Of a stretch of 64,000 nt of DNA, positions 36,013-44,897 are shown in pieces. Both the position numbers and the translations under genes were made by a program. The stretch's first letter is position 1, and every line of letters begins with the position of its first letter. Under the pieces are notes generated by a model. It did no database searches, had not been told where the DNA came from, and was given only the letters and a program-made list of their open reading frames with translations. The stretch is taken from positions 1,605 to 65,604 of the forward strand of contig CALMSL010000193.1 in the NCBI GenBank assembly GCA_937872445.1. The letters run 5' to 3'. The stretch is from an uncultured Microbacteriaceae bacterium (GTDB lineage: Bacteria; Actinomycetota; Actinomycetes; Actinomycetales; Microbacteriaceae).

Positions 36013-36516
36013 CTATTCCCGCGCCCGTGCCAGTCCCCTTTCGAGTGTCTCCGCAATCCAGTCGAGCGCCGCCTCGACCGAGGATGCTCGGATATCGTCA
36101 CGCGACCCGGACAGCGCCAGACGACGCACGTGGGATTCGTCGCCCAGCGAAAGCCCAAGGTACACAACGCCGGGCGGTTCGCCGTGCAGCGAATCCGGGC
36201 CGGCGACTCCGGTCGTTGCGATCCCGAGGTCGGCCGCCCTGCCGCCGACCGCGAGCCGCTGCCGCACGGCGCGGGCCATCGCGGTGGCGACATCCGGGTG
36301 CACGGGGCCGTGCTCGGCCAGAAGCGAGGGATCGACGCCCAGAAGCGTCGCCTTGAGTTCGGTGTTGTAGGCGACCACACCGCCGAGAACCACCTCCGAT
36401 GCGCCCGCCGGCCGGATCAGCTCGGCCAGGAGAAGGCCGCCGGTGAGCGACTCTGCCACCGCGACAGTCATCGCCCGCTTCCGGAGCGCCGCGATGATGT
36501 CGACCGCGTCGGCCAC
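36013..36516 (-). CDS. CinA-family nicotinamide-nucleotide amidohydrolase domain protein
   Basis: Part of ORF 36013..36558 with motif AESLTGGLL. The GTG at 36516 lies 1 nt after the pgsA stop. 167 aa. Confidence 0.85.
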   Translation of the reverse strand: MADAVDIIAALRKRAMTVAVAESLTGGLLLAELIRPAGASEVVLGGVVAYNTELKATLLGVDPSLLAEHGPVHPDVATAMARAVRQRLAVGGRAADLGIATTGVAGPDSLHGEPPGVVYLGLSLGDESHVRRLALSGSRDDIRASSVEAALDWIAETLERGLARARE

Positions 36517-36517
36517 G

Positions 36518-37186
36518 TCAGGGAAGTTTCGGATCCGGCCGGGAGCGGCGCACCGCATTCACGACGTACTCGATCCCGGTGGACAGCGTCAGGGCGAGCG
36601 CGATTCCCATAAGAGCCGCATTGAACCAGTGCATCCAGTCGCCCAGCAGCAGCCACACCGGCACGAGGTAGAACGAGATCGCGATCGCCTGCACGATCGT
36701 CTTGAGCTTGCCGCCGCGCGAGGCGGGGATCACCCGGTCACGCACCACCGCGAGCCGGAACACGGTGATCCCCGCCTCGCGCACCAGAATCACGATCGTC
36801 ACCCACCACCACAGTTCCCCGAGGATGGACAGCGCGATGAGCGCTCCGCCGATGAGCACTTTGTCGGCGATCGGATCGAGCAGCTTCCCGAAATCGGTCA
36901 CCAGATTCTGCCGGCGGGCGAGGAGGCCATCCACGCTGTCCGTGACGATCGCGAGGATAAACAGCCCCGCCGCGAGATAGCGCAGCACCCCGAGTTCGTG
37001 GTTGTCGGCGAGAAGCAGCCAGATGAATACCGGGGCGAGGAAGATGCGCACGACCGTGATGATGTTCGCGACGTTCCCCGTGCTGGCCGGGGTGTCGCCG
37101 CTGCGGGCCACCCGGCCGCGCATCGGATAGGTCCTGCCCTCGGGGGACGCCTTGTCCTCCGGGGAGGATGCGTCCGGCAGCGTCAC
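36518..37186 (-). CDS. pgsA: CDP-diacylglycerol--glycerol-3-phosphate 3-phosphatidyltransferase
   Basis: 222 aa with CDP-alcohol motif DSVDGLLARRQNLVTDFGKLLDPIADK. The GTG start lies 3 nt after the ftsK stop. Confidence 0.92.
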   Translation of the reverse strand: MTLPDASSPEDKASPEGRTYPMRGRVARSGDTPASTGNVANIITVVRIFLAPVFIWLLLADNHELGVLRYLAAGLFILAIVTDSVDGLLARRQNLVTDFGKLLDPIADKVLIGGALIALSILGELWWWVTIVILVREAGITVFRLAVVRDRVIPASRGGKLKTIVQAIAISFYLVPVWLLLGDWMHWFNAALMGIALALTLSTGIEYVVNAVRRSRPDPKLP

Positions 37187-37189
37187 GCG

Positions 37190-39967
37190 TTACTCCCTGT
37201 CGGTCAGCGACCAGGCATCCTCGGACGACGAGCCTTCGACTTCATCGTATCCGCTCGTGGACTTCGCGACCGGGTCGTGGTCGTACCGGTCTGCGTCATG
37301 GTGCTCGGGCGCCATTTCGCCGACGCCGCCGCGCAGGCGGGCGAGCACCTCGGGAAGCTGTTCCGCTGACACAAGGACATCCCTCGCCTTCGACCCTTCG
37401 GACGGGCCGACGATTTCCCGGGACTCGAGCAGGTCCATGAGCCGTCCGGCCTTCGCGAATCCGACTCGGAGCTTGCGTTGCAGCATCGAGGTGGACCCGA
37501 ACTGGGTGCTCACGACGAGCTCTGCCGCAGCCAGCAGAACATCGAGGTCGTCGCCGATGTCGCCGTCGATCGCGTGCTTTTCGGTCGCCGCCGCCACATC
37601 CTTGCGGTATTCGGGCCGGGCCTGAGCCGTGACGTGCTTCACCACGGCGACGACTTCGCTTTCGCTCACCCACGCGCCCTGAACGCGAATCGGCTTCGAC
37701 GCCCCCATGGGGAGGAAGAGCGCGTCGCCCTGGCCGATGAGCTTGTCGGCTCCGGCCTGGTCGAGGATGACGCGGGAATCGGTCATGCTGCTCACCGCGA
37801 ACGCGAGTCGGCTGGGCACGTTCGCCTTGATCAGCCCGGTCACGACGTCGACGCTCGGCCGCTGGGTCGCCAGCACCAGGTGGATTCCGCTCGCGCGCGC
37901 GAGCTGCGTGATGCGCACCACCGAATCCTCGACGTCGCGGGGCGCGACCATCATGAGGTCGGCAAGCTCGTCGACGACGACGAGCAGGTACGGGTATGGC
38001 TTGAGCTTTCGCTCGCTCCCCGGGGGCAGCGTGATCTCCCCGGCAACCACTGCCGCGTTGAAATCGTCGATGTGGCGGTAGCCGAAGCTCGCCAGATCGT
38101 CGTAGCGCATGTCCATTTCCTTCACGACCCAGGACAGGGCTTCCGCAGCCTTTTTCGGGTTCGTGATGATGGGCGTGATGAGGTGCGGGACACCGGCATA
38201 GTGGGCCAGTTCCACCCGCTTGGGGTCGATCAGAACCATCCGCACTTCGGCCGGCTTGGCCCTCATGAGCAGGCTCGTGATCATCGAGTTGATGAAGCTC
38301 GACTTTCCGGATCCGGTCGCCCCCGCCACGAGCAGGTGCGGCATTTTGGCGAGATTCGCCACCACGAAGCCGCCTTCGACATCCTTGCCCATGCCGATCG
38401 TCATCGGGTGGGCGCTCGACGTGCTCGCTGTGGAACGCAGCACATCGCCGAGCGAGACGATCTCGCGGTCCAGGTTCGGGATCTCCACGCCGATCGCGCT
38501 CTTGCCCGGAATCGGCGAAAGTATCCGCACCTCGTTGCTGGCCACCGCGTAGGAGAGGTTCTTGCTGAGCGCGGTCACCCGCTCCACCTTCACGCCCGGG
38601 CCCAGTTCGATTTCGTAGCGCGTGACGGTCGGGCCGCGGCTAAAACCGGTGACGACCGCATCCACCTGGAACTGCTTCAGCACTTCGGAGATCGAGCGCA
38701 CGATGTCGTCGTTCGCACCCGACCGCGTCTTCGACGGCGTGCCGGGCTCGAGCACGGAGGATGCGGGCAGCCGGTACGGCGCCGTGGGCTGGTTGGCCGC
38801 CGCATCATCGAATTCGCCGGCTTCGCCCTTGTCGTGAGCTCCCGTGGAGAATCCGGGAAGTCGCTCAGCGGGCCCGGGAGTCCCAACTCGAACGGAGTCG
38901 TCGCGAATCCCGGTCGCCGACTCGCCATCCATTTCGCCCGTGAAGCGCTTGACCGCTTTCTCCGCCTTGAGCAGGTCTTCGATGAGTTCGATGCCGAACT
39001 CGTCCCTGGGCGTGTGGTCGATAGCGCCGGTTCTGGCATTCATGAGAACCGGGCTGTCGAATGCCGGCTCCTCTTCGCGCTGGAGCTTGTTGCGCCTCCA
39101 CCACGGCACCTGGTCCGCATCCTCGACCTGCGCTTCGAGCCCGAGATCGCCGAGCGTGCCGAGCGGCACGGTCGCCGTCTTCGCCGCCTTCCTGGCCGCG
39201 AGTTCTTCCGGATCCGGAAGCTCGGCGCCGAACAGGTATGCGTACAGTTCACGGAGCCGGAATCCGATGCGATTGGGCGGTGTCTTCGTGATGATGAACA
39301 GCGACATGACGAGCGCGAGGACGATGAGGGGCACCGCGATCCAGGCAGTCAGGTAGGTGGTCAGGGGCATCCCGATGGCGTAGCCGACAATTCCACCCGC
39401 TATGGCGAAGGCGCCGATCGGGTCACCCCACGACGGGCTCCCGCCGTAAATGTGGCAGAGCGCGCAAATGCTCGCGACAAGCACGCCCATGCCGATTCCG
39501 ATCCGGCCGTTGTCGTGGACGGACGACGGATGCCGGAAGAACCACACCGCGAGCACGAGCAGGATGACCGGGAGCGCGAACGCGAGCCGACCGAATGCGC
39601 CGCCGAACGTGTACGCGTCCAGGGCGATCGCGACCGGATCATTCGGGAAGAACCACTCCACGACCGCGCCGCCGATGGCGAGCAGGAAGAACAGGAACGG
39701 CACGCCGTCGCGCAGTTCGTCCTTCGCCAGCGTTTCCCGGCCGAACAGCCGCGCAGCGCCGCCCACCATGCGGGCCAGCCCGAGCCACGTCTTCGTGAGG
39801 ATCCCCGGCTCCTGCGCGGGGGTGCGCTTCTTCCTGGCGGGCGGACGACGGACGGGAGCCGCCCGCGTGCGGGTCGTCGAGGCGCGCGAACGCGACGTCG
39901 ACCGTGAGGTCGGCGTCGACGAAGCACGCGTAGCCATGCGGTCAACGGTACTTCGGCGCTGTGTCAA
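37190..39967 (-). CDS. ftsK: DNA translocase FtsK
   Basis: 925 aa with N-terminal TM helices, a linker, motor-domain Walker [10 protein letters not shown] and a C-terminal gamma wHTH ([24 protein letters not shown]). Confidence 0.96.
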   Translation of the reverse strand: MTQRRSTVDRMATRASSTPTSRSTSRSRASTTRTRAAPVRRPPARKKRTPAQEPGILTKTWLGLARMVGGAARLFGRETLAKDELRDGVPFLFFLLAIGGAVVEWFFPNDPVAIALDAYTFGGAFGRLAFALPVILLVLAVWFFRHPSSVHDNGRIGIGMGVLVASICALCHIYGGSPSWGDPIGAFAIAGGIVGYAIGMPLTTYLTAWIAVPLIVLALVMSLFIITKTPPNRIGFRLRELYAYLFGAELPDPEELAARKAAKTATVPLGTLGDLGLEAQVEDADQVPWWRRNKLQREEEPAFDSPVLMNARTGAIDHTPRDEFGIELIEDLLKAEKAVKRFTGEMDGESATGIRDDSVRVGTPGPAERLPGFSTGAHDKGEAGEFDDAAANQPTAPYRLPASSVLEPGTPSKTRSGANDDIVRSISEVLKQFQVDAVVTGFSRGPTVTRYEIELGPGVKVERVTALSKNLSYAVASNEVRILSPIPGKSAIGVEIPNLDREIVSLGDVLRSTASTSSAHPMTIGMGKDVEGGFVVANLAKMPHLLVAGATGSGKSSFINSMITSLLMRAKPAEVRMVLIDPKRVELAHYAGVPHLITPIITNPKKAAEALSWVVKEMDMRYDDLASFGYRHIDDFNAAVVAGEITLPPGSERKLKPYPYLLVVVDELADLMMVAPRDVEDSVVRITQLARASGIHLVLATQRPSVDVVTGLIKANVPSRLAFAVSSMTDSRVILDQAGADKLIGQGDALFLPMGASKPIRVQGAWVSESEVVAVVKHVTAQARPEYRKDVAAATEKHAIDGDIGDDLDVLLAAAELVVSTQFGSTSMLQRKLRVGFAKAGRLMDLLESREIVGPSEGSKARDVLVSAEQLPEVLARLRGGVGEMAPEHHDADRYDHDPVAKSTSGYDEVEGSSSEDAWSLTDRE

Positions 39968-40012
39968 ACGGCGGGAGACTCCGGGGAGTGTCTCAATCCC
40001 TCGGTCGAAGAA

Positions 40013-41689
40013 TCACGCCTCGATGACCACGGGGACGATCATCGGACGGCGCCGGTGCTGCGAATTCACCCAGCGCCCGACCGTGCGGCGGATGATCTGA
40101 CTGAACGCGTGCGTGTCGCGCGTGCCGTTCTCCGCAGCCTCGGTGAGCGCCTTCACGATCAGGGGTTTCACGTCATCGAACACCGCATCGTCCTCGGCGA
40201 ACCCGCGGGACTGAATCTCCGGGCCGACGATGATTCGCCCGGTTTGCGAATCGATTGCCGCGAAAATGGAGATGAAGCCCTCTTCGGCGAGGATGCGGCG
40301 ATCCTTCAGATCGGCATCGGTGATCTCCCCCACCGTCGAACCGTCGACGTAGACGTAGCCGAGATCCAGCTGTCCGACGACCTCGACGACGCCATCCTTC
40401 AAATCGAGAACGGTGCCGTCTTCGGCGATGAACGTGTTCTCCTCCGGGATGCCCATGTCGATCGCGAGCTGCTGATTTGCCACGAGGTGCCGGAATTCGC
40501 CGTGGACGGGCAGGACGTTTTTCGGCTGGATGATGTTGAAGCAGTACAGCAGCTCTCCGGCGGCCGCGTGCCCGGACACGTGCACCTTCGCGTTGCCCTT
40601 GTGCACGACCGTCGCGCCCAGCTTCGTGAGGCCGTTGATGACCCGGTACACGGCGTTCTCGTTGCCGGGGATGAGGCTCGAGGCGAGAATGACCGTGTCA
40701 CCCTTGCCCACCTCGATCTGGTGTTCGAGGTTCGCCATCCGCGCGAGCACCGCCATCGGTTCACCCTGGGACCCCGTGCTCATGTACACGATGCGGTTGT
40801 CGGGCAGTTCGGCCGCCTTCTTCGTGTCGACGAGCACGCCCTCCGGCACTTTCAGGTAGCCGAGATCTGCCGCGATCGTCATGTTGCGCACCATCGAGCG
40901 GCCCATGAACGCGACCTTGCGGCCGTTCGCGTGCGCGGCGTCCAGAACCTGCTGCACCCGATGCACGTGGCTGGAGAAGCTCGCGATGATCACCCGGCGC
41001 GGCGCCTTCGCGATGACGGTTTCCAAAACCGGGCCGATCGCGCGCTCCGACGCGGTGAACCCGGGAACGTCGGCGTTCGTGGAGTCGACGAGAAAGAGGT
41101 CCACTCCGGCTTCGCCGAGCCGCGCGAATGCCCTCAGGTCGGTGATGCGGTCATCCAGCGGAAGCTGGTCCATTTTGAAGTCGCCCGTGTGGAGGACGAC
41201 GCCGGCGCTCGTCGTGATAGCGACCGCGAGCGCATCCGGGATGGAGTGGTTCACCGCGATGAATTCGAGGTCGAACGGCCCGAGCTTCTCGTGCTGGCCC
41301 TCCCTGACCTCCAGCGTGTACGGCGTGATGCGGTGCTCCTTGAGCTTCGCTTCGATGAGGGCAAGGGTGAGCCCCGAGCCCAGAAGCGGGATGTCCTGGC
41401 GCAGCCTGAGGAGGTACGGAACCGCACCGATGTGGTCTTCGTGGCCGTGTGTGAGCACGATGCCCAGGATGTCGTCGAGCCGGTCCCTCACCGGCGCGAA
41501 GTCCGGGAGGATCAGGTCGACGCCCGGCTGGTTCTCTTCCGGGAACAACACCCCGCAGTCGACGATGAGCAGCTTGCCGTCGATTTCGAACACGGTCATG
41601 TTGCGGCCGATTTCGCCGAGGCCGCCGACCGGGATGACGCGGAGGGTGCCCGGCGCCAGAGTCCGCGGTTCGTACACAGCTGAATTCAT
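40013..41689 (-). CDS. rnj: Ribonuclease J
   Basis: 558 aa, beta-CASP metallo-beta-lactamase with motif HGHEDHIG. Confidence 0.96.
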   Translation of the reverse strand: MNSAVYEPRTLAPGTLRVIPVGGLGEIGRNMTVFEIDGKLLIVDCGVLFPEENQPGVDLILPDFAPVRDRLDDILGIVLTHGHEDHIGAVPYLLRLRQDIPLLGSGLTLALIEAKLKEHRITPYTLEVREGQHEKLGPFDLEFIAVNHSIPDALAVAITTSAGVVLHTGDFKMDQLPLDDRITDLRAFARLGEAGVDLFLVDSTNADVPGFTASERAIGPVLETVIAKAPRRVIIASFSSHVHRVQQVLDAAHANGRKVAFMGRSMVRNMTIAADLGYLKVPEGVLVDTKKAAELPDNRIVYMSTGSQGEPMAVLARMANLEHQIEVGKGDTVILASSLIPGNENAVYRVINGLTKLGATVVHKGNAKVHVSGHAAAGELLYCFNIIQPKNVLPVHGEFRHLVANQQLAIDMGIPEENTFIAEDGTVLDLKDGVVEVVGQLDLGYVYVDGSTVGEITDADLKDRRILAEEGFISIFAAIDSQTGRIIVGPEIQSRGFAEDDAVFDDVKPLIVKALTEAAENGTRDTHAFSQIIRRTVGRWVNSQHRRRPMIVPVVIEA

Positions 41690-42663
41690 CGTGTCGTTCC
41701 TGCAACCTTCGGTAGCGCCCCGCCGGCTGCCGCGTTGCGGTCCGGGCGGAAGTTCGTGAGGTCGAGGCCGGGGATCTGGTCGATCCGCGCGAGATCCTCC
41801 TCGATCTGGGCGGCCTCGAAATCCTCGGGGCCGACGAGGGGCAGTCGCACGCGCGGCGAATCGATCCGCCCCAATCCGTGCAGGATGTATTTGGCCGCGA
41901 CGGTGCCCGGCACGTGCGTCATGACAGCCCTGACGAGCGGTTCGAGGAGCCGGTGCGCCGCGGTCGCCTCGGCGAGCCGGCCCGCGTTGACGGCATCCAC
42001 GATCTGGCGATACGGGCGGGTCGCGATGTTCGCGGTGACCCCGACGAGTCCGGTGGCGCCGATCGACAGGTGCGGGAGGACGTTGGCGTCATCCCCGGAG
42101 AAGTACAGCAAATCGGTCTCGTTGAGCACGCGGCTGACCTGGCTGAAGTCGCCCTTGGCGTCCTTGATCCCCACGACGTTCGGGTGCTTCGCGATGCGGG
42201 TGATTGTCTCGTAGTTGATGGGAACTCCCGTGCGGCCCGGGATGTCGTACAGGATCACCGGAAGGTCCGTCGCGTCGGCGATGAGCCGGAAGTGGGTGAG
42301 GATGCCGGACTGCGTCGGCTTGTTGTAGTACGGCGTCACGATCATGACGCCGTCCGCACCGGCCTTCTCGCTGTCCCGGTAAAGCTGCATCGCGTGCGCG
42401 GTTTCGTTCGAGCCGCCGCCCGTGATGATCTTCGCGCGGCCGGCCGCGACCGACTTGCCGACCTCGACGAGCCTGACCTTTTCCGGGTCGGTGAGCGTGC
42501 TCGTCTCCCCCGTCGTACCGGACACGACGATACCGTCCGCGCCGTCCGTGATGACGTGGTCGATGTGCTTCTCGACCCCGGCCCAGTCCACTTCGCCATC
42601 GGCGTTGAACGGGGTCACCAGGGCGACGAGCACCTGGCCGAACGGATTCTCTCGAGTAGTCAC
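41686..42663 (-). CDS. dapA: 4-hydroxy-tetrahydrodipicolinate synthase
   Basis: 325 aa with GTTGE and the Schiff-base Lys region (GIKDAKGD). Its stop overlaps the rnj start. Confidence 0.95.
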   Translation of the reverse strand: MTTRENPFGQVLVALVTPFNADGEVDWAGVEKHIDHVITDGADGIVVSGTTGETSTLTDPEKVRLVEVGKSVAAGRAKIITGGGSNETAHAMQLYRDSEKAGADGVMIVTPYYNKPTQSGILTHFRLIADATDLPVILYDIPGRTGVPINYETITRIAKHPNVVGIKDAKGDFSQVSRVLNETDLLYFSGDDANVLPHLSIGATGLVGVTANIATRPYRQIVDAVNAGRLAEATAAHRLLEPLVRAVMTHVPGTVAAKYILHGLGRIDSPRVRLPLVGPEDFEAAQIEEDLARIDQIPGLDLTNFRPDRNAAAGGALPKVAGTTR

Positions 42664-42733
42664 GAGTTACAGGCTATCGCGAGGAGACCTCCGGCCCGCG
42701 CCGAGGGTGGGCTGACCGGCCGGGACAAGCACT

Positions 42734-42754
42734 CTACGGCGCGACGCGGCCGTT
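42734..42754. repeat. Left 21-bp direct repeat (orphan copy of the thyX 3' end)
   Basis: Identical to 44008-44028. It lies ~70 nt upstream of the dapA start codon. Confidence 0.9.
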
Positions 42755-42764
42755 CCCGCAATCA

Positions 42765-42845
42765 GTGTTGTGCAGGACATCCTGATGGGTGCGTGCGTGC
42801 GGGGAGCCAAAATTGACAAGTTTGGATGGATGTCCTGCACAACAC
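42765..42845. repeat. Perfect 18-bp inverted repeat pair (R1/R2) with 45-nt spacer
   Basis: GTGTTGTGCAGGACATCC (42765-82) and GGATGTCCTGCACAACAC (42828-45), lying 48 nt downstream of the DUF559 gene stop. Confidence 0.9.
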
Positions 42846-42892
42846 GATGGAGCGCGACGAGGTGGCTGCCTCCCTAATTGGTACAGCTGTCT

Positions 42893-43810
42893 TCAGCCGG
42901 GCTGATGATCGCCGCGAGACACAGCGGCCAAGATCGAACCCTCGACGGTTGGCCACTCATAGACGACCTGCGAATACATGAAACGCAGGACACGACACCC
43001 TCTCGCACTTAGTGCGGCATCCTTCTGACGATCCCGGTACGGATCACTGTGGAACTCCCGACTGTCAACCTCGATCACCAGCCGCTCCCCAATGAGGAAG
43101 TCAAGCGGCCCAACTCCACCCACGAAGGCTTGCTGGGTGAATCGAAGTCCCAGAGCGTGAAGATGCAGCTTCATGATTGATTCGGTTCCGCTGTCCGATC
43201 TGGTGGACGCGATTCGACCTAAGGGCCTGTCCGCAATCTTTAGCGAATTGAACACCAGTGTGCGATCCGACTGTGTCAGCTTTCGCTTTCGCAGAGCTGA
43301 CTCGAAGACGACAAATCCAGCTCCCCGCCCCTGGCACGCAAATGTCCGCACGATGCATTCGACGATCGATACCGCATGACGGTCGCCGCCGAGTCCGCTT
43401 CGACTCCAGTGGACCACAATTGCGTCGTCAGGATGAGCCGCAAGCCGTTTCCTGAAGTCATCTGCTGTGCGCAATCTGGATGCCCGCCGCGGCACAGCTA
43501 CATGCAAGCCCACGTGTTCCGGAACCCACAGTCCATGGTGAATAGAGCCACTCACGCAGGTCAATTTGCCGCCGATACGAAACGCGCGCAATGAAGGCTG
43601 CTTGCAATCGGAAATCGCGTACCAACCCTTTCTCACACGCAGAATCCGGCTGGCCTGGACTGCCGCGAATACGCTATCCGGAGAGTATCCGAGTCTGGCC
43701 AACTCGGAGGCCTTGGCGAACCCGCCAAGCTTCAGAATGTCCGCTTCAATGTGACTCATTTCCCAATCGTCGCCGTGGAAATTCGCTGTCAGCGGTTTTG
43801 CCGCATGCAC
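42893..43810 (-). CDS. wHTH (AbiEi-like N-terminal) + DUF559 (Vsr/restriction-endonuclease-like fold) protein
   Basis: 305-aa ORF from GTG at 43810 (alternative ATG at 43759, MSHIEADIL). N-terminus GFAKASELARLGYSPDSVFAAVQASRILRVRKGWYAI. C-terminus PLDFLIGERLVIEVDSREFHSDPYRDRQKDAALSARGCRVLRF, typical of DUF559. Confidence 0.8.
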   Translation of the reverse strand: MHAAKPLTANFHGDDWEMSHIEADILKLGGFAKASELARLGYSPDSVFAAVQASRILRVRKGWYAISDCKQPSLRAFRIGGKLTCVSGSIHHGLWVPEHVGLHVAVPRRASRLRTADDFRKRLAAHPDDAIVVHWSRSGLGGDRHAVSIVECIVRTFACQGRGAGFVVFESALRKRKLTQSDRTLVFNSLKIADRPLGRIASTRSDSGTESIMKLHLHALGLRFTQQAFVGGVGPLDFLIGERLVIEVDSREFHSDPYRDRQKDAALSARGCRVLRFMYSQVVYEWPTVEGSILAAVSRGDHQPG

Positions 43811-43823
43811 TGGGGATTACCCG

Positions 43824-43994
43824 GTTGTGCAGGACTTTGGAGGGAGTGGAGTTCAGTCTGGCGCTGCCCCCAGACGATTGTGCAGGACATTACGGGTACT
43901 GAATCCGCAAGGTCCTGTGGCGCGAGTAATTAATTGAGATTGTCCTGCAAAACACGTTTGGTGGCAGGGAGGGGACTGGAATGTCCTGCATAAC
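43824..43994. repeat. Array of four TGCAGGAC-core repeats (R3,R4 forward; R5,R6 reverse) in the DUF559 gene upstream region
   Basis: The cores are at 43828-35 (+), 43881-88 (+), 43942-49 (-) and 43983-90 (-). A degenerate copy sits at 43908-20. The nested convergent arrangement pairs R3/R6 and R4/R5. Confidence 0.85.
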
Positions 43995-44007
43995 TGGATG
44001 AGGGCGG

Positions 44008-44028
44008 CTACGGCGCGACGCGGCCGTT
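44008..44028. repeat. Right 21-bp direct repeat (functional thyX 3' end incl. stop codon)
   Basis: Its reverse complement AACGGCCGCGTCGCGCCGTAG encodes ...NGRVAP*. Confidence 0.9.
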
Positions 44029-44769
44029 TTCGTTGAACGCCGAGTAGGTGAGCGGCATGAGCTCGGCGAAGTGGGCTTCCATCTTCTCCGCGCACATCTC
44101 TATCTCCCGCTGCGGGAACGACGGGAAGTGGCTGCCCTCCCGTTTCGTGCGCAGCGACAGGAAATTCATGAGCGATCGCGCGTTCATGGTTACGTACATC
44201 GACGAGTAGATCGTGAGCGGGAGGACGATCCGGGCGACCTCGCGGGCGACCCCGGCCTCCAGCATCCGCTGGTACGCATCGTACGCGTGCTGCGACACGT
44301 CGCGGGTCTGCTGTTCGACGAGCGCGGTTTGCTCTGCGGACCCGGGGTGGAACTCGTACGCGCCTGGCTTTCCGGTCTGCAACAGGTTGCGCTCCGGAGA
44401 CGGAATGTAGAACACCGGGTTCAGTTCCCGGTAGCGACCGGATTCCTCGTTGTAGGAGGCGATGCGGTGGCGCATGAATTCGCGGAACACGAAGATCGGC
44501 GCTTGAACGTAGAACGTCATCGAGTTGTGCTCGAACGGGGATCCGTGGCGGTCACGCATGAGGTAGTTGATGAGGCCGCGGTTGCGCTTCTGATCCTGCT
44601 CCGTCTCGGCGCCGTCAAGCTGGCTGGACTCGAGCGTCTGCTCCCCCTGCGTCGACACGCGCGCGGCGAACAGCACGTCCGAGTCGTGCGCGCTCGACCG
44701 CACAAGTTCCACGGTGACATCGGAGCGAAACTGGATGGGCGGAACGGACTCTTCTGGCACGGAGTTCAC
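44008..44769 (-). CDS. thyX: FAD-dependent thymidylate synthase
   Basis: 253 aa with ThyX motif RHRIASYNEESGRY and a GTG start. Confidence 0.96.
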   Translation of the reverse strand: MNSVPEESVPPIQFRSDVTVELVRSSAHDSDVLFAARVSTQGEQTLESSQLDGAETEQDQKRNRGLINYLMRDRHGSPFEHNSMTFYVQAPIFVFREFMRHRIASYNEESGRYRELNPVFYIPSPERNLLQTGKPGAYEFHPGSAEQTALVEQQTRDVSQHAYDAYQRMLEAGVAREVARIVLPLTIYSSMYVTMNARSLMNFLSLRTKREGSHFPSFPQREIEMCAEKMEAHFAELMPLTYSAFNENGRVAP

Positions 44770-44897
44770 GATAGCGAACCGTCAGAGCGCTCCGCAGCGG
44801 GCGCGCCGACGAGGGCAGCCTTGGGGTTGCCTGTGATCGCGGCCCCGCTCTCTCACGGCTGACGTAGGGTGGGGGGACCACGAGGGAAGGAGCAATC

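Larger units (their letters stand above)
42734..44028. mobile_element. Candidate DUF559-borne insertion element (21-bp direct repeats + imperfect terminal inverted repeats + single ORF)
   Basis: Perfect direct repeats CTACGGCGCGACGCGGCCGTT sit at 42734-42754 and 44008-44028. The inner termini are CAGTGTTGTGCAGGACATCC (42763-82) and GGAATGTCCTGCATAACTGG (43978-97). The 1253-bp interior is ~50% G+C in hand-counted lines. It interrupts the otherwise conserved thyX-dapA adjacency. Confidence 0.5.

Noticed and set aside
37478-39907. 809-aa plus-strand ORF (and similar long ORFs at 5889..7202, 12387..13850, 17238..18890, 23918..25645, 31427..33817, 40055..41683, 51312..53006, 56218..57942)
   Set aside because: All are antisense or out-of-frame shadows of confidently identified genes such as ftsK, argF/argD and pheT. 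Their composition is Arg/Gly/Asp/His-rich, with no family motifs.
42765-43994. TGCAGGAC repeats as a CRISPR array
   Set aside because: The repeats occur in both orientations, with irregular spacing (45, 42 and 25 nt) and diverged flanks. They surround a gene, and no cas genes are present.
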